Below, in pieces: positions 1-10,362 of a DNA stretch of 64,000 nucleotides. The translations under genes were made by a program, and so were the position numbers. The stretch covers positions 132,079 to 196,078 of the forward strand of contig CAVTLO010000003.1 of the NCBI GenBank assembly GCA_963735615.1, in the 5' to 3' direction. The stretch is from an uncultured Solirubrobacteraceae bacterium (GTDB lineage: Bacteria > Actinomycetota > Thermoleophilia > Solirubrobacterales > Solirubrobacteraceae). Within the stretch, counting starts at the first letter, position 1; every line of letters starts with the position of its first letter. The notes below the pieces were generated by a model. It had not been told where the DNA came from. It saw only the letters and a program-made list of their open reading frames with translations, and made no database searches.

Positions 1-591
1 GAGATCGTGTGCGTCGGAGGCCACGTTGTGGACCAGCTCCTCCTGCACGAGCCGCAGCGCGAAGCGGCGCACCGTGCCGCCGAAGCGCCCGACGAGCGAG
101 CCGGCGGTGATCGAGGTCAGGACCCCGGAGCGCACGAGCGAGCCGAGCATGAGCGGGTCGCGGTGAAAGGCGGGGCAGCGCTCCGGGTGGGCGAGCAGAA
201 CGCGGTTGCCGCGCTGGCGAACCTCCTGTGCGATCGACTCCAGGCCGGTGACGATCGGCGAGAAGGGGGGCTCCAGCAGCAGCCATTCACCGCCGCCGAG
301 GCGCAGGCGAGCGAGCTCGGCATCGTCGATCTCGGCGATCCGCGTCATCGCGACCTCGGCGCCCGCCCGCAGCTCGAGCTCCACCCCTTCGCCGGCCAGC
401 CGCGCGCTCAGCTCGTCCACCAGCGCGCCGATCGCGGCTGCGCCGTTCTGGTAGTGCCAGCTGACGTGCGGCGTGGCCACGAGCGTGCGCACGCCGGCGT
501 CCGCCGCCGCGCGCGCCAGCGCCAGCGAGCCTGCGATTGCCTTGGGGCCGTCGTCGATGCCCGGGAGCACGTGGCAGTGGAGGTCGATCAC
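1..591 (-). CDS. CpsB/CapC (PHP-family) tyrosine-protein phosphatase, 5' part; runs off the window start
   Basis: Not in the ORF track. Reverse complement from GTG at 591 reads (M)IDLHCHVLPGIDDGPK, the PHP/CpsB N-terminal motif; a cognate Wzc kinase lies at 15441. Confidence 0.85.
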   Translation of the reverse strand, partial: MIDLHCHVLPGIDDGPKAIAGSLALARAAADAGVRTLVATPHVSWHYQNGAAAIGALVDELSARLAGEGVELELRAGAEVAMTRIAEIDDAELARLRLGGGEWLLLEPPFSPIVTGLESIAQEVRQRGNRVLLAHPERCPAFHRDPLMLGSLVRSGVLTSITAGSLVGRFGGTVRRFALRLVQEELVHNVASDAHDL

Positions 592-710
592 CTGCGCTGA
601 ACGTTAATGCCAACGTCGGGCTCTCCCAGGACCCTGTGTCAGGGTGTGGAATATGATCGGGAGCAGCCGGCCGCAAGGCGGTCAAGCCCGACCACTGGCA
701 AGGGAGGATC

Positions 711-1154
711 ATGTTCAGCTCGATCGTTGTCGGAACCGATGGCTCTGAGACCGCTACCAGGGCGGTGCGCCAGGCGGTCGAACTCGCGCATGCGGTGGGG
801 GCGAAGGTCGAGCTCGTGAGCGCCTATGAGCCGGTGCCCGCTCAGCGCATGAGCGAGGAACGGCGCCAGGCGCCGGAGGATCTGCAGTGGGCGATCAACC
901 CTCGCGAGGACGTCGACGCGACGCTCGAGGCGGCCGCCGTGGTGGCACGCGAGGCCGGGGTTCCGGTCAACCTCTACGCCCGCCAGGGCGATCCGGCGGA
1001 CGCGATCCTCGACGTGGCCGAGGAGGTCGAAGCCGATCTGATCGTCGTTGGCAACAAGGGCATGACCGGCGCCAAGCGCTTCCTGCTGGGCTCGGTGCCG
1101 AACAAGGTCTCGCACCATGCGCCCTGCTCGGTGCTGATCATCCGGACGATCTGA
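711..1154 (+). CDS. Universal stress protein (UspA family)
   Basis: IVVGTDGSETA N-terminus; DLIVVGNKGM and FLLGSVPNKVSHHAPCSVLII motifs. Confidence 0.93.
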   Translation: MFSSIVVGTDGSETATRAVRQAVELAHAVGAKVELVSAYEPVPAQRMSEERRQAPEDLQWAINPREDVDATLEAAAVVAREAGVPVNLYARQGDPADAILDVAEEVEADLIVVGNKGMTGAKRFLLGSVPNKVSHHAPCSVLIIRTI

Positions 1155-1183
1155 GGTCTCGCATCCCGCACGGCAGGCTGCTC

Positions 1184-2332
1184 ATGATCGAGCAGGGCGG
1201 ACGTGGCGGGGTCGCCGACTACACCGCCGAGTTGACGCGCGCGCTCGCCGTCGAGGGCTGGCAGATCGCGCTAGCGACGGCCGCCGACCATCGCTATGAG
1301 CCGGTTAGCGGCATCACCACCCACGGCGTCTTTCACTATGTCCGCGGCTACACGCGCGCGGGGCACGCCGTGCGCCGCCTGGGGCTTGGGCGGATCGCCA
1401 ACGGAGTGCGCTTCCTGCTCGCGATCCCGCGCCTCGTGCGCCTCAGTCGCGACGCCGATCTCGTGCACACGCAAGGCTGGGAGCACGACCCGGCGGGCCT
1501 CGTGGCGGTGATCTGCCTGCGGCTGGCGGGCGCGACGATCGTGCAGACGCTCCACAACACCTTCCCCCGCGGCCGCCCGCGCGAGCGCACGGACGCGTGG
1601 CTCGCGCGGCTGACGGCTCGCACGATCGTGCATACGCAGGCCGATAGTGCGCGCGTGCCGCGCACAGCCGCCGGACGCGTGGCGGTGATCGCGCACGGCG
1701 AGTACGGGGGCCTAGCGCGCGCGGGCGGCGTCGCCGACCGCGAGGCCGCGCGGGAGCGGCTGGGCATCGCGCCGCAGGCGCCCGTCGCGCTCCTGTTCGG
1801 CCAGCTGCGCCTGGACAAGGGCCTGGGCGATCTGCTCGCGGCCGCGCAGCGGCTGCCGCAGCTGCGGCTCATCGTCGCCGGTCACGAGGAGGGCGCGCTC
1901 GCCGCCGCGAGCGCTCAGCTTGCCAGCCCCGAGCTCGCTGGGCGTGTGAGCGTGCGTGAGGGCTTTCTCGAGATGCGTGAGGCCGCGGAGCTGTTCGCGG
2001 CCACAGACATGGTCGTGCTTCCTTACCGGGCGGCCAGCCAGAGTGGCGTGCTGCTGCTGGCGTACGGCTTCAAGCGGCCGGTGATCGTCTATCCCGTTGG
2101 GGGATTGCCGGAGGCGGTGCTCGACGGCGAGACAGGCTGGATCTGCGCCCGGGCTGACGTCGACGCGCTCGTCGTCGCGCTCGCCGCAGCCGCCGACGCG
2201 GGCTGGGCGGAGTGCCGGCGCCGGGGCGATGCGGGGGCGGCGCTCGCCGAGGAGCGCTTCGCCTGGCCGACGATCGCCCGCCGCACCGGCGAGGTCTATC
2301 TCGAACTGCTCGCGCGCCGTGGAGTGCTATGA
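1184..2332 (+). CDS. Glycosyltransferase family 4 (GT-B)
   Basis: FGQLRLDKG and VVLPYRAASQSGVLLLAYGFKRPVI motifs; start reassigned to ATG 1184 inside ORF 887..2332. Confidence 0.85.
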   Translation: MIEQGGRGGVADYTAELTRALAVEGWQIALATAADHRYEPVSGITTHGVFHYVRGYTRAGHAVRRLGLGRIANGVRFLLAIPRLVRLSRDADLVHTQGWEHDPAGLVAVICLRLAGATIVQTLHNTFPRGRPRERTDAWLARLTARTIVHTQADSARVPRTAAGRVAVIAHGEYGGLARAGGVADREAARERLGIAPQAPVALLFGQLRLDKGLGDLLAAAQRLPQLRLIVAGHEEGALAAASAQLASPELAGRVSVREGFLEMREAAELFAATDMVVLPYRAASQSGVLLLAYGFKRPVIVYPVGGLPEAVLDGETGWICARADVDALVVALAAAADAGWAECRRRGDAGAALAEERFAWPTIARRTGEVYLELLARRGVL

Positions 2333-2384
2333 CTGCCACGGTGTCCGGCCGCCACACAGCTTCGACTCACGTGTCCGGGCAGCG

Positions 2385-3542
2385 ATGAAGATCGTCAGCG
2401 TGATGACCACCGACGCGAGTGGCGGCGCCGAGTTCGCGGCCGTTGAGATGCTCGACGCGCTACGCCAGCGCGGTCACGAGGTGGTGATGCTCAGCGACGT
2501 ACCTGGCATCGCGCGTGACACGAGCGTGCCTGTTGTGGCGATCGACACCGGGCCGAAGCTCTCGACACGTACGTGGACCGGGCTCGCGCTGCGCTGGCCG
2601 CTGCTGCACAAACGCCTCGCGCGTGCGCTTGAGGCACAGCTGCCCTACGACGTGCTGCTCGTGCACTACAAGAAGGAGCAGCTGCTCGCCGCGACGCTGC
2701 CGAAGCGGCTGCGGGCCACCACGGTGTGGGCCGAGTGGGGCCCCGTCCCGCTGCCGCTGCGACGCGGCCTGCCCCGGCTCGCCTACGTCATGGCGGCACG
2801 CCGAGCCGCGCTGGTGATGGCCGTGTCGGAGGGCACGCGCTGCTCAGTCGCCGAGGTTGCAGGCGGAGCGTGCCGGAAGCTGGTGGTGGTGCCCAACGTG
2901 CTGCGCACGGAGGACATCCGTTACACCGAGGATGGGCGCAGGCGGGTACGCGCGCAGCTTGGCATCCCCGAGGACGCGTTCGTGGTCGGCTGCGTGTCGC
3001 GCTTTCACCGCAAGAAGCACAACGAGGTGGTGGTCGGCGCGGTGTGCGAACTGGAGAATCCGCGCGTGCACCTGATCCTCGCCGGCGACGGCGAAACCGA
3101 GCCCCAGCTGCGGGAGCTCGCGGCGCCATTGGGCGAGCGCGCGCACTTCATCCCGACGCCGGGCGCCGAGATCCCCGATGTGCTCTCGGCCTTCGACGTG
3201 TCGGTGTTCTGCCCGAGCCCGACCGAGGGCGCCCCGCGCGCGGTGATTCTCGGGATGCTCGCCTCGCGCCCCTGCCTGGCGACGGGCGCCGAGGGCGTCG
3301 CCGACATGATCTCCCCCGAGATCGGCGGCATCGCTTCGCCGGAGAACTCCCCCGCGTCGCTGCGGACGCTGATCGAGCGCTACCTCGAGGACCCCGAGCG
3401 GGTGTGGCGCGAGGGTCAGGCGGCCCGCACGCACGCCGAGCGCACGTATGCGGCGCCGGTGGTCGCGGAGATGATCGAGGGGCTGCTGGTCGAGGCGATC
3501 GCCTCGACCGACGGGCGCATGGCGGGGCGTACGGGCCGATGA
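2385..3542 (+). CDS. Glycosyltransferase family 4
   Basis: MKIVSVMT...GGAE start; SRFHRKK; EGAPRAVILGMLASRPCL; start reassigned to ATG 2385. Confidence 0.85.
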   Translation: MKIVSVMTTDASGGAEFAAVEMLDALRQRGHEVVMLSDVPGIARDTSVPVVAIDTGPKLSTRTWTGLALRWPLLHKRLARALEAQLPYDVLLVHYKKEQLLAATLPKRLRATTVWAEWGPVPLPLRRGLPRLAYVMAARRAALVMAVSEGTRCSVAEVAGGACRKLVVVPNVLRTEDIRYTEDGRRRVRAQLGIPEDAFVVGCVSRFHRKKHNEVVVGAVCELENPRVHLILAGDGETEPQLRELAAPLGERAHFIPTPGAEIPDVLSAFDVSVFCPSPTEGAPRAVILGMLASRPCLATGAEGVADMISPEIGGIASPENSPASLRTLIERYLEDPERVWREGQAARTHAERTYAAPVVAEMIEGLLVEAIASTDGRMAGRTGR

Positions 3543-4267
3543 AGCGCGCGGTGATACTCGCGGGAGGGGAGGGCACGCGGCTGCGCCCGTACACGACCGT
3601 GCTGCCCAAGCCGCTGATGCCGATCGGCGATCGTCCGGTGCTCGACATCGTCGTGCGCCAGCTGAAGGCGCACGGCTTCGAGCGGATCACGATCGCCACC
3701 GGCTACCTGGCGGAGCTGATCGAGGTCTTCTTTCGTGACGGCTCCGGGTATGGCATCCCGATCGACTACTACCGCGAGTCCGAGCCGCTCGGCACGGTGG
3801 GCGCGCTCGCGCTGATCGACGGATTGGCAGCGGATGACGTGCTGGTGATGAACGGCGACGTGCTCACGGACATCGACTACGGCGCGCTGCTGGAGCGCCA
3901 CCGAGCGAGTGACGCTGCCGCGACGATCGCGACCAAGGAGCGCCAGATAAACGTCTCGCTGGGGGTGTTGCGCTTTGGCGATGATGGCGACGCGACGCGC
4001 CTGACCGGCTATGACGAGAAGCCCGCGATCGACTACACGGCGAGCATGGGCGTCTACTGCTTCGCCCCGCGCGCCCTCGCCCAGCTCGTGCCGGGTGAGC
4101 GCGTGGATTTCCCGGAGCTCGTCCTGCGCCTGATCGCCGCCGGGGAGATCGTCAGGGCGTGGCCGAGCGAGGACTACTGGCTGGACATCGGTCGCCACGA
4201 TGACTACGAGCAGGCCCAGGAAGAGTTCGAGTCGGTGCGCGAGCGCCTGCTGCCGCCGGAAGACTGA
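3539..4267 (+). CDS. Sugar-phosphate nucleotidyltransferase (NTP_transferase)
   Basis: MKRAVILAGGEGTRLRPYTTVLPKPL signature; EPLGTVG; WLDIG; ATGA overlap with the upstream gene. Confidence 0.92.
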   Translation: MKRAVILAGGEGTRLRPYTTVLPKPLMPIGDRPVLDIVVRQLKAHGFERITIATGYLAELIEVFFRDGSGYGIPIDYYRESEPLGTVGALALIDGLAADDVLVMNGDVLTDIDYGALLERHRASDAAATIATKERQINVSLGVLRFGDDGDATRLTGYDEKPAIDYTASMGVYCFAPRALAQLVPGERVDFPELVLRLIAAGEIVRAWPSEDYWLDIGRHDDYEQAQEEFESVRERLLPPED

Positions 4268-4285
4268 GCGACTGTCCGAGTAGTT

Positions 4286-4354
4286 CGGGCGGCACATGTG
4301 CCGCCCGCGGGGGCGTGCATGCACGCCCCCGGCAGGGCCGCATGCGGCCCTGCC
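4286..4354. repeat. Three abutting perfect palindromes (22, 24, 24 bp), each centred on CA|TG
   Basis: cgggcggcaca|tgtgccgcccg 4286-4307; cgggggcgtgca|tgcacgcccccg 4308-4331; ggcagggccgca|tgcggccctgcc 4331-4354; located between convergent stop codons. Confidence 0.9.
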
Positions 4355-4367
4355 CCCATACGGGCGC

Positions 4368-5507
4368 TCAGTGCAGCGCCGCTCGCACGGAATCGACGAC
4401 GACCTCCACGGCCGCCTCGTCCATGCTCGAGCTGAGCGGCAGCGCGCAGTGGCGGTTGGACACCTCCGACGCGCGCGCGAGATCGCCACGGCGCACGGTG
4501 CGGCGGTAGTCGGTGAACACGTGCAGCGCCGGATACCAGGTCGTCTGGACACCATCCGCTTTGAGCTTCGCGCGAACTCCGTCCCGTGTCTCGCGGTCCG
4601 CGAGCAGCACGACGAAGGCAAAGTGCGAGGAGCGCCCGACCGCCTGCTCGTCGAATGCGAGCTCGATGCCGGGCACGTCAGCCAGGCGCTCGCGGTAGGC
4701 GCGGACGATCGCGCGTCGGTGCGCGATGTCCTCTTCCAGGCGCGGCAGCCGGCTCAGCCCGAGCGCGGCGCGCGGCTCGTCGAGCCGGTAGTTGAAGCCG
4801 ATGTCGACGACGTCATAGGCAGGGTCGTGGCCACGGTGGCGGTCCCACGTCGTGCTCGTCAGCGCGTGCGAGCGCAGCAGCCGCACACGCGCCGCGTACG
4901 CCTCGTCGGCCGTCGTGACCATTCCGCCCTCGCCCACGCACAGCTGCTTCTTGGAGAAGAAGCTGAACGCCCCGAGCTCGCCGATCGTGCCCGTCTGGTG
5001 CCCATCGTCGTCCACGCGCGCGCCGATCGCCTGCGCGCAATCCTCGATCAGCGCCAGCCCGTGCTCGTCGCAAAGGGCTCGCAGCGCGCTCACATCGGCG
5101 GGATAGCCAGCGAAGTGGACGGCCACGATCGCGCGCGTTCGCGGCGTGATCCGCTGCGCGGCGTCCGTCGGGTCGATGTTCAGGTCGTGCACGCCGCGCA
5201 CGTCGCACAGGACCGGCTCGGCTCCTGTGAAGCGCACGGCGGATGCGCTTGCGACGAAGGTGATGGATGGCACGATCACCTCGTCGCCCGGTCCGATCCC
5301 AGCGGCCAGAAACGCGAGGTGCAGGGCGGCGGTGCCGCTCGAGACGGTGACCGCGTGGGGCGTGCCCACCTGGCGGGCGAGCGCCTGCTCGAACGCCTGG
5401 ATGCGGGGACCCATCGTCAGCCAGCCCGACTCCAGGCACTCCATCACCGCCTGCACGTCGCCCTCGGGCATCGCGATGTCGGTCAGCGGTACGCGCCAGC
5501 CGCTCAT
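4368..5507 (-). CDS. DegT/DnrJ/EryC1/StrS PLP-dependent sugar aminotransferase
   Basis: SSGTAALHLA, LIEDCAQAIG, AFSFFSKKQL (PLP Lys), GEGG, GFNYR; start ATG 5507 overlaps the upstream stop. Confidence 0.9.
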   Translation of the reverse strand: MSGWRVPLTDIAMPEGDVQAVMECLESGWLTMGPRIQAFEQALARQVGTPHAVTVSSGTAALHLAFLAAGIGPGDEVIVPSITFVASASAVRFTGAEPVLCDVRGVHDLNIDPTDAAQRITPRTRAIVAVHFAGYPADVSALRALCDEHGLALIEDCAQAIGARVDDDGHQTGTIGELGAFSFFSKKQLCVGEGGMVTTADEAYAARVRLLRSHALTSTTWDRHRGHDPAYDVVDIGFNYRLDEPRAALGLSRLPRLEEDIAHRRAIVRAYRERLADVPGIELAFDEQAVGRSSHFAFVVLLADRETRDGVRAKLKADGVQTTWYPALHVFTDYRRTVRRGDLARASEVSNRHCALPLSSSMDEAAVEVVVDSVRAALH

Positions 5508-6691
5508 CGTCTCAGTGCCTGCTCGAGCGCGGCCAGCACGCGATCCTGGTCGGCGAAGGTCATGTGCGGGTACAGCGGCAGCGTCAGCTCCGTGCGCGAG
5601 GCGAGCTCGGTGATCGGCAGCGACACGTCGGGGAAGCGCTCGCGGTAGGCCGTAAAGCGATGAATCGACGGATAGAAGATGCTCGTCTGGATCCCCAGCT
5701 CGCGCATGTCGGCGCTGACCTGTGCCTGGCGTCCGTCCTGCTCGATCATGATCGGCATCACGTAGCAAGAGGAGCTAGCCACATCCTCCTCCGCGAACGG
5801 CACGGTGATCCCGTCGAGCTGGGTGAGCAGCGTGCGGTAGCGCGCGGTGAGCTCGCGTCTGCGTGCGATGTCGGCCTCGAGCCCGCGCAGGCGCGAGAGC
5901 GCCAGCGCCGCGCGCGGCTCGTCCATGCGGTAGTTGAAGCCGATGCGCAGGACGTCGTAGGTGTCGGTCAGCCCGGTGTGGCGTGCCCACGTACCGCTCG
6001 TCATCCCGTGCGAGCGCCGCGAGCGCGCGAACTCGGCGACCTCGTCGCTGTCGGTGCACAGCAGGCCGCCCTCGCCGATCGACAGAACCTTGTTCGAGAA
6101 GAAGCTGAACGCTCCCGCCAGGCCCCACGTGCCGAGCTTGCGTCCGGCGAGCGTCGCGCTGGGGGCGTGCGCGACGTCCTCGATCAGCGCGATCCCGTGC
6201 GCGTCGCAGAGCTCGCGCAGGCGGTCCGCAGCGGCGGCGTAGCCCGCGTAGTGGACCGCGCACACCGCCCTGGTGTGTGGCGTGATGCGCCGCTCGACGT
6301 CCTCGGGGTCGAGGCTGGGCCGCTCGCGCGAGTGGATCTCCGCGAACACCGGCCGTGCGCCGCAGTAGATGACGGCGGCGGCGGTCGCGGTGAAGGTGAA
6401 CGACGGCACGATCACCTCATCCCCCGGTCCCACGCCCGCCGCCAGGTAGGCCAGATGCAGCGCGGCGGTGCAGCTGGAGAGCGCAACCGCGTGGCGCGCG
6501 CCAAGCTGCGCGGCAAACGCTTGCTCGAACTCTTCCGTGCGCGGGCCGAGCGTCAGCCAGCCGGAGCGAAGCGTCTCTGCGACCGCCTCCAGGTCCTCGG
6601 GCGCCAACTGCAGATCGAACAGCGGCAGGTCGGGGAACTGCTCCTTCGCGGCGCTCGCCGGTGGCGTGCTCGAGTGCGTGGCGGCGTTCAC
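5504..6691 (-). CDS. DegT/DnrJ/EryC1/StrS aminotransferase (second paralog)
   Basis: SSCTAALHLA, LIEDVAHAP, FSFFSNKVLSIGEGG, GFNYRM. Confidence 0.92.
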   Translation of the reverse strand: MNAATHSSTPPASAAKEQFPDLPLFDLQLAPEDLEAVAETLRSGWLTLGPRTEEFEQAFAAQLGARHAVALSSCTAALHLAYLAAGVGPGDEVIVPSFTFTATAAAVIYCGARPVFAEIHSRERPSLDPEDVERRITPHTRAVCAVHYAGYAAAADRLRELCDAHGIALIEDVAHAPSATLAGRKLGTWGLAGAFSFFSNKVLSIGEGGLLCTDSDEVAEFARSRRSHGMTSGTWARHTGLTDTYDVLRIGFNYRMDEPRAALALSRLRGLEADIARRRELTARYRTLLTQLDGITVPFAEEDVASSSCYVMPIMIEQDGRQAQVSADMRELGIQTSIFYPSIHRFTAYRERFPDVSLPITELASRTELTLPLYPHMTFADQDRVLAALEQALRR

Positions 6692-7686
6692 GGAACGTTC
6701 TTGTAGCGGCTGTCGTAGGGATCGCCGAACGCTTTCGCGTCGAGCGCGGCGAGCACCTCGGCGATGCCGTCGGGGACGGTCATCAGCGTCTGGAAGCCGA
6801 GCTGCGCGCGGATCTTGTCGAAGCTCACCTTGTAATCGCGCGGGTCCTCCTCGCGGTGCACGTAGGAGACGCTGCCGCGGTCGGTCTGGCGCTGGATCTC
6901 CTCGACGAGATCGAGCTTGCGGTAGTTCTCGCCCGAACGACCGGCGTTGAAGACCTGGCCGGCGACCTTCTCGGGCGCCGCGTCAAGCGCTGTGCGCACG
7001 GCGCGCGCGGCGTCGCGCACGTGGATGTAGGGGCGCCAGAACTGCTCGCCGAACACTTCCAGCTCGCGGTCGGCCCACAATTCCCGGGCGAACTCGTTGA
7101 CGGTCAGGTCGAAGCGCATGCGCCTGCCGACGCCGTAGACGGTGGCAAAGCGCAGGCACGTGGGCTGCGTGGCGGAGCTGGGCGAGCTGCCGTTCCCGGC
7201 GCCCAGGATCAACTGCTCCATCGCGACCTTCTGCTCGGCATATAGCGACACGGGCCGCAGCTCTCCCTCCTCGGTGATCGGCACCGACGGGTCGGCCATA
7301 CGGCCGTAGTTGGAGCACGTGGAGGCGAACACCAGTCGCTCGACGCCGGCCGCGTTTGCCTCGACGACGAGCGAGCGTGTGGCCTGGACGTTGACCTCAT
7401 CGGCAGTCTGCGGATCGAGCGCGCACGCGGGATCGCCCACGATCGCGGCGAGGTGCACGACCTCCTGCACGCCCGCGAGCGCCTGGCTGCGCATCGTCGC
7501 GTCGCGCACGTCGCCCCGCAGCACCTGGACACCGGCCGCCGCCTGTTCCTCGGCGATGTCGTGCTGGCCGTGCAGGAGGCGGTCGAGGACGCGCACGTCG
7601 CGTCCACTGTCCTTGAGCTCCTGTACGAGCAGCGCACCGATGTAGCCGCTGCCGCCCGTTACCAACGTCGTCTTTGCCATCCGCAT
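6688..7686 (-). CDS. NAD-dependent epimerase/dehydratase (extended SDR)
   Basis: LVTGGSGYIG Rossmann motif; STCSNYG; YAEQK (YxxxK); LRFATVYG. Confidence 0.92.
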   Translation of the reverse strand: MRMAKTTLVTGGSGYIGALLVQELKDSGRDVRVLDRLLHGQHDIAEEQAAAGVQVLRGDVRDATMRSQALAGVQEVVHLAAIVGDPACALDPQTADEVNVQATRSLVVEANAAGVERLVFASTCSNYGRMADPSVPITEEGELRPVSLYAEQKVAMEQLILGAGNGSSPSSATQPTCLRFATVYGVGRRMRFDLTVNEFARELWADRELEVFGEQFWRPYIHVRDAARAVRTALDAAPEKVAGQVFNAGRSGENYRKLDLVEEIQRQTDRGSVSYVHREEDPRDYKVSFDKIRAQLGFQTLMTVPDGIAEVLAALDAKAFGDPYDSRYKNVP

Positions 7687-7773
7687 TCGCCTCTTTCGTC
7701 GCCGCTGTTCGCCTGACCTGTGCCCTCTGGTTCACATCGGCAGGCGACCTTAACGACTATAGGATCGACCGCC

Positions 7774-8865
7774 ATGGCCGCGCCCGACGCCGTCCCGGTG
7801 CTGTTCGCCAACAACTACGACATGGCCCGTGCGCGCGCGGGGTGGCGGGCCGGGACGTATCCGGCGCATCACCTGTACGGCACTGCCAGCCTCGGTAGCG
7901 GCTTTGACGTGGTGGATCTCCGCTTCGGCGGCGGCGATCGTGCCGCGCGACTAACGCGTTTGACGCGCCACCAGCTCGGCGACGTCGGCCAGCAGCTCGC
8001 CGCGATCAGGTTGCGCCGTCGTGGCGCGGTCGTCTACGGAGCGGCCGCTCAGGAGCTCCGCGGCCTCGTGGCGCTGCGCGCTGCGCGCGCGTTCAAGACG
8101 CCGATAGTCGGGGTCTTCCACTCCCCGCCAGCGCCCGGCAGGCACCGCGCCGCCGCGCTGCGGGGCTTCGATCGCGCGATCGCCCTGTCGGAGCACACGC
8201 GGCGGGGGCTGCTGGCCGCGGGTGTTGCGCCGCAGCGGATCGCCGTGCTCGGTTGGGGCGCGGATCTCGACTTCGCCGGGTTTGGGCCCCGGCTCGCGGC
8301 TGCCGCGGATGCGCCCGTCGTCGCGACCGGCAAGACCGGACGCGACATGGGCACGTTGCTCGCGGCGCTGCGGGCGACCGGGCTGCCCGCGCACATATAC
8401 GGCGACGCAGGCGAGCTGGCCCGCACGGGCACGATCCCCGAGGGCGTGTCGATCCGTCCCATCGCCGCCGCGGACGCTTCGGCCGCGGCATTGAAGTACG
8501 ACGAGGCGGTGACGGCGGATCTGCGCTCGGCGGCGCTCGTGGCGATTCCGCTGTTGGGCACCGATCGCCTGACGGGCCTCACCGAGGTCGTCGACGCGCT
8601 CGCGTGCGGTCGGCCGATGATCCTGACGCGGACCCCGTATTTCGATTTTGACATCGAACGGATCGGCTGCGGATGGTGGGTCCCAGCGGGCGACGTGCGC
8701 GGCTGGAGCGAGCGCCTGACGGCGGCGATGGCCGATCGCGACCGGCTCGAGCGGATGGGTCGCGCGGGGCGCGTATGGGCTGAGGAGCACCTAAACGAGC
8801 GCCTGTTCGGCGAGGGCGTGCGGCGGCTGCTCCTGGAGGCCCTCGCGGCCCCGCCTGGGCCCTAG
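7774..8865 (+). CDS. Glycosyltransferase (GT-B, GT4-like)
   Basis: TGKTGRD and GLTEVVDALACGRPMILT motifs; start reassigned to ATG 7774. Confidence 0.75.
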   Translation: MAAPDAVPVLFANNYDMARARAGWRAGTYPAHHLYGTASLGSGFDVVDLRFGGGDRAARLTRLTRHQLGDVGQQLAAIRLRRRGAVVYGAAAQELRGLVALRAARAFKTPIVGVFHSPPAPGRHRAAALRGFDRAIALSEHTRRGLLAAGVAPQRIAVLGWGADLDFAGFGPRLAAAADAPVVATGKTGRDMGTLLAALRATGLPAHIYGDAGELARTGTIPEGVSIRPIAAADASAAALKYDEAVTADLRSAALVAIPLLGTDRLTGLTEVVDALACGRPMILTRTPYFDFDIERIGCGWWVPAGDVRGWSERLTAAMADRDRLERMGRAGRVWAEEHLNERLFGEGVRRLLLEALAAPPGP

Positions 8866-8890
8866 CGCCGTCGCCTGGGCCCTCGCGGCG

Positions 8891-10362
8891 TCAGCTCTGG
8901 AGGCTGACTTCGCTGGCCGCTTCGGGGCTAATGCGTCGCAGCGCTCTGGTCGTGATCGCAGTCGCGCGGGGCGCACGGTAGCGCACGACAGCAAATGCTT
9001 CGCTGCGGGTCACGCCCGCGAGGTGGAAGCCCGCCGGCGCGCGGCTCGGGATCGGGGGCGAGCTGGGCGCGCCACCGGTGTGCCTGACGCGCAGCGAGAC
9101 GTACGCCACTTCGCGTGTGAGGACCGTGGCGGCGCTGGTGGCGTGCAGCTCGGGCAGGTAGACCGACAGCGTCGCCTCACCGAAGCGTTCGCTGACGACC
9201 ACGCGCCCGGTATGCCCACTACCTAGCGCATTGCGCGATCCCGCGCCAGTCGTCGCGCTGGTAGGCGGGGAGCACGTCGGTCGCGGCGATCACCGCCAGC
9301 GACAGCGCCACGAGGCCGCCGCCGAGAGCCGCGGTTGCGCGCGGCGCGCGGATCGTCCCGAGGCCGCACGCGAGCAGCAGCGCGAACGGCACCCAGTTGC
9401 CGATCGCGTTGCGCCCGTCGTACACGTCGACCGCGTGCGTCGCGGCGAGCACAAGCGGGACCGCGAACGCTCCGATGAGGACCAGCGTCGCGTCGCGCGC
9501 GCCGTCCACTTCGCGCCGTTCGCCGCGCCTGCACAGCAGCGCGAGCGCGCCCACGGCTAGCAGCGCGCCGATCACAGCCGAGAGGATCTCCAGCGGCCCG
9601 TACACGCCGACGAAGAACAGCTTTGCGGTCTCGCCGATGCGCGAGGGCAGCGACGCTTCTTCGATCCAATCGACCTTGCCGCTCGCCCGCTGGGCCGCCG
9701 CGAGCGGCACGAGTGCCACGCCGACAAGCAGGACCGCGCCCGTGGGAATCCGCACGCGGCGCCAGCCCACGCGCCGCGCGAGCAGCCACGCCTCGGGCAG
9801 GAATACGAACGCGGCGAAGTAGTGGGTCAGCAGCGCGAGCGCCGAGACGAGCGCCCATTGCCACAGATGCCGGGCGCTCGGCTCGCGCAGCGCCCGCTGC
9901 CACAGCCAGTAGGCGACCGCGCAAAACAGCACCAGCAGTCCATAATCGCGTGCCTCCTGCGAGTAGTAGTACATCGCCGGGTTGACCGTCGTGAGCACCG
10001 CCGCCCACACCCCCACGCGCGGCGAGATCTCGCCGCCCGGCGAGGTACATCGCGGGGATCGTCGCGGAGCCGATCAGCGCCGAGAACGAGCGAAAACCGA
10101 GCGGTCCGGTGCCGAACAGGTGCGTCCACAGCCACACCAGCACGTAGTACAGCGGCGGCGAGGACTCGCTCGCCGCCAGGTGCGAGAGCGTCCCGGCCAA
10201 ACCGCGGTGGAGAAGTATCAGCGTCGCCGCCTCGTCCTGCCAGATGCTCTGCACGTTCAGCGTTGAGAAGCGCAATGCGGCGCCGAGCAGCGTGAGCGCC
10301 AGCACGAGCTCGCGCGTCCCCAGCGCGCGCCGGGCGGGGCGGCTGGCGGACTCAACCGACAT
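8891..10362 (-). pseudogene. GT39/PMT-like membrane glycosyltransferase with two +1 frameshifts (possibly sequencing errors)
   Basis: Three collinear pieces: SIWQDE...ESSPPLYY (10362 to ~10035), YYYSQEARDYGLL...DWRGIA (to ~9232), and a C-terminal piece to 8891; extra bases at ~10033 and ~9231. Confidence 0.75.
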
